From an uncultured Candidatus Saccharibacteria bacterium (lineage in GTDB: Bacteria > Patescibacteriota > Minisyncoccia > Phycocordibacterales > UBA9973), in the NCBI GenBank assembly GCA_964608655.1, contig CAZSQH010000001.1, positions 1 to 34,836 of the forward strand: a stretch of DNA of 34,836 nucleotides, in the 5' to 3' direction. The position numbers were made by a program, and so were the translations under genes. This document shows positions 33,321 through 34,836 of this stretch, piece by piece (within the stretch, counting starts at the first letter, position 1; the number at the start of each line of letters is the position of its first letter). A model generated the notes under the pieces. It did no database searches. It was not told where the DNA came from and saw nothing but the letters and a program-made list of their open reading frames with translations.

Positions 33321-34836
33321 ATGGCACTATTCTCTTCAAACAAGAATAAGGGTGAAAAAACACTTCCTATTCCTATTGCTGATGTCTACGAATGGGCACA
33401 GATGGAGCTTGCGGATAAAATCGCTCCCTCCGCGATAGAGATTACCCCAAAATCAATGCGTATTGGAGATAAGATCGTGCGCACTTTTTTTGTTATTTCA
33501 TACCCGAGATACCTCAGTGACAATTGGCTTACTCCCATTATCAACCTTGATAAGATATTTGATATCGCACTCTATATAAGCCCAATTGAAACTGCAGAGC
33601 TCTTAAAACATTTTCAAAAAAAAATTGCTGAGGTAGAAAGCCAGATCATGACTCGACAGCAAAAAGGGTTGGTCCGGGATCCTATTTTAGATACCGCTTA
33701 TGAAGACCTTGAGGGACTTCGAGATAATCTCACCCAAGCACAAGAAAAAATGTTTAATGTTGGATTTTATATCAGTATTTATGGTGACAACGAAACTGAC
33801 CTGTTCCGAGCAGAAACTGAAATACGATCCCTTCTTGAATCAAAGATGATTTATGTTAAACCTGCTCTTTTTCAAGAAGAAGACGGGTTTAAAAGCGTAG
33901 CTCCTCTTGGGACCGACAGGTTAAACATTACCCAGAAACTAAATTCTGAGCCTATTTCAAGTATGTTTCCGTTTGTTTCTTTTGACCTCACTTCGGACAA
34001 CGGCATTCTCTATGGTGTAAATAGACACAACTCATCGCTTGTTATTTTTGATCGATTTTCTCTTGAAAACTATAACTCAATTATCTTTGCAAAATCTGGT
34101 GCAGGAAAATCATACGCAACAAAGCTCGAGATTATTCGTACGCTCATGTTCGATACTGAAGTAATTGTGATTGATCCTGAGCGAGAATATGAATACCTTG
34201 CTGAAGCAGTAGGGGGGCGATATTTCAACATCTCCCTCTCAAGTGATCACCACATCAATCCATTTGACCTTCCTATCCCTCGTGAAGATGAAGCACCTGC
34301 AGACGTGCTTCGATCAAACATTATTAGTCTCGTTGGACTCTTCCGTATCATGCTTGGTGGGCTTACCCCAGAAGAAGATTCCATTATAGACAGAGCAATC
34401 ACTGAAACCTATGCACTAAAAGACATAACTGCTGAATCTGATTTTTCAACCATCGAACCGCCTCTGCTTTCTGATTTTGAGATGGTGCTCCAAGGGATGG
34501 AAGGAACCGAGTCACTCCTCCAACGACTAACAAAATTTACACATGGTTCGTGGGCATCATTTATTAATCAACCAACCAACGTTGATATTAATAAAAAGTT
34601 TATTGTTTTTTCTGTGCGAGATATGGAGGACGATTTAAAGCCGGCAGCAATGTACATTGTTACCCACTTTATTTGGAACGCGGTCAGAAAAGAATTAAGG
34701 AAGCGGCTTCTGGTGGTAGATGAGGCGTGGTGGATGATGAAATCAGATGACACCGCATCGTTTTTATACTCTATTGCAAAGCGAGGTCGTAAGTACTACC
34801 TAGGACTTTGCACCATCACTCAAGATGTTGGTGATT
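33321..34836 (+). CDS. VirB4/TrbE/TraE-family T4SS ATPase (3' end beyond the window)
   Basis: Open frame from ATG 33321 to the window end (absent from the ORF track because there is no stop). Walker A FAKSGAGKSY, Walker B LLVVDEAWWMM, then GRKYYLGLCTITQ. The N-terminal domain pattern PSAIEITPKSMRIGDKIVRTFFVISYPRYL is typical of Gram-positive VirB4 homologues. Confidence 0.9.
   Translation, partial: MALFSSNKNKGEKTLPIPIADVYEWAQMELADKIAPSAIEITPKSMRIGDKIVRTFFVISYPRYLSDNWLTPIINLDKIFDIALYISPIETAELLKHFQKKIAEVESQIMTRQQKGLVRDPILDTAYEDLEGLRDNLTQAQEKMFNVGFYISIYGDNETDLFRAETEIRSLLESKMIYVKPALFQEEDGFKSVAPLGTDRLNITQKLNSEPISSMFPFVSFDLTSDNGILYGVNRHNSSLVIFDRFSLENYNSIIFAKSGAGKSYATKLEIIRTLMFDTEVIVIDPEREYEYLAEAVGGRYFNISLSSDHHINPFDLPIPREDEAPADVLRSNIISLVGLFRIMLGGLTPEEDSIIDRAITETYALKDITAESDFSTIEPPLLSDFEMVLQGMEGTESLLQRLTKFTHGSWASFINQPTNVDINKKFIVFSVRDMEDDLKPAAMYIVTHFIWNAVRKELRKRLLVVDEAWWMMKSDDTASFLYSIAKRGRKYYLGLCTITQDVGD

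Overview
This is a 34.8-kb low-GC, gene-dense bacterial segment. Its style suggests a reduced-genome Patescibacteria/CPR-like organism, which is inference only. The supporting traits are small housekeeping genes, three tRNA genes without encoded CCA beside a CCA-adding enzyme, almost no Shine-Dalgarno sites, many genes with a TATACT-type -10 box 6-7 nt before the start codon, many secreted or lipoprotein hypotheticals, and a Gram-positive-type T4SS-like operon. Layout by region: (1) 1-1171 holds tRNA-Pro, yraN, tRNA-Gly and tRNA-Arg, with a conserved tRNA-derived trailer behind two of the tRNAs. (2) 1.2-14.2 kb holds housekeeping and envelope genes: cca, xth, a GH25 muramidase, a Xer-type recombinase, rpsO, an NYN protein, a DksA/TraR-like protein, comM and a TrmB-like regulator. 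(3) 14.2-16.4 kb is about 2.3 kb without a credible long ORF. It contains back-to-back consensus promoters, a ~360-nt minus-strand unit, and a ~1.6-kb GC-enriched, hairpin-dense plus-strand unit ending in an intrinsic terminator. That plus-strand unit is a candidate large structured RNA of unknown class and is my top finding. (4) 16.4-19.05 kb holds five individually terminated cassettes of small unknown genes that share conserved upstream boxes. (5) 19.1-23.2 kb holds a LysM-M23 peptidase, a UvrD/PcrA helicase and rsmA. (6) From 23.26 kb to the window end there is one tightly packed plus-strand operon of secreted and membrane proteins. It ends in PrgI(VirB3)-like and VirB4-like ATPase genes and is truncated by the window edge. 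I saw no rRNA, CRISPR array, transposase or reverse transcriptase. All product calls rest on motif recognition by eye; no searches were run.
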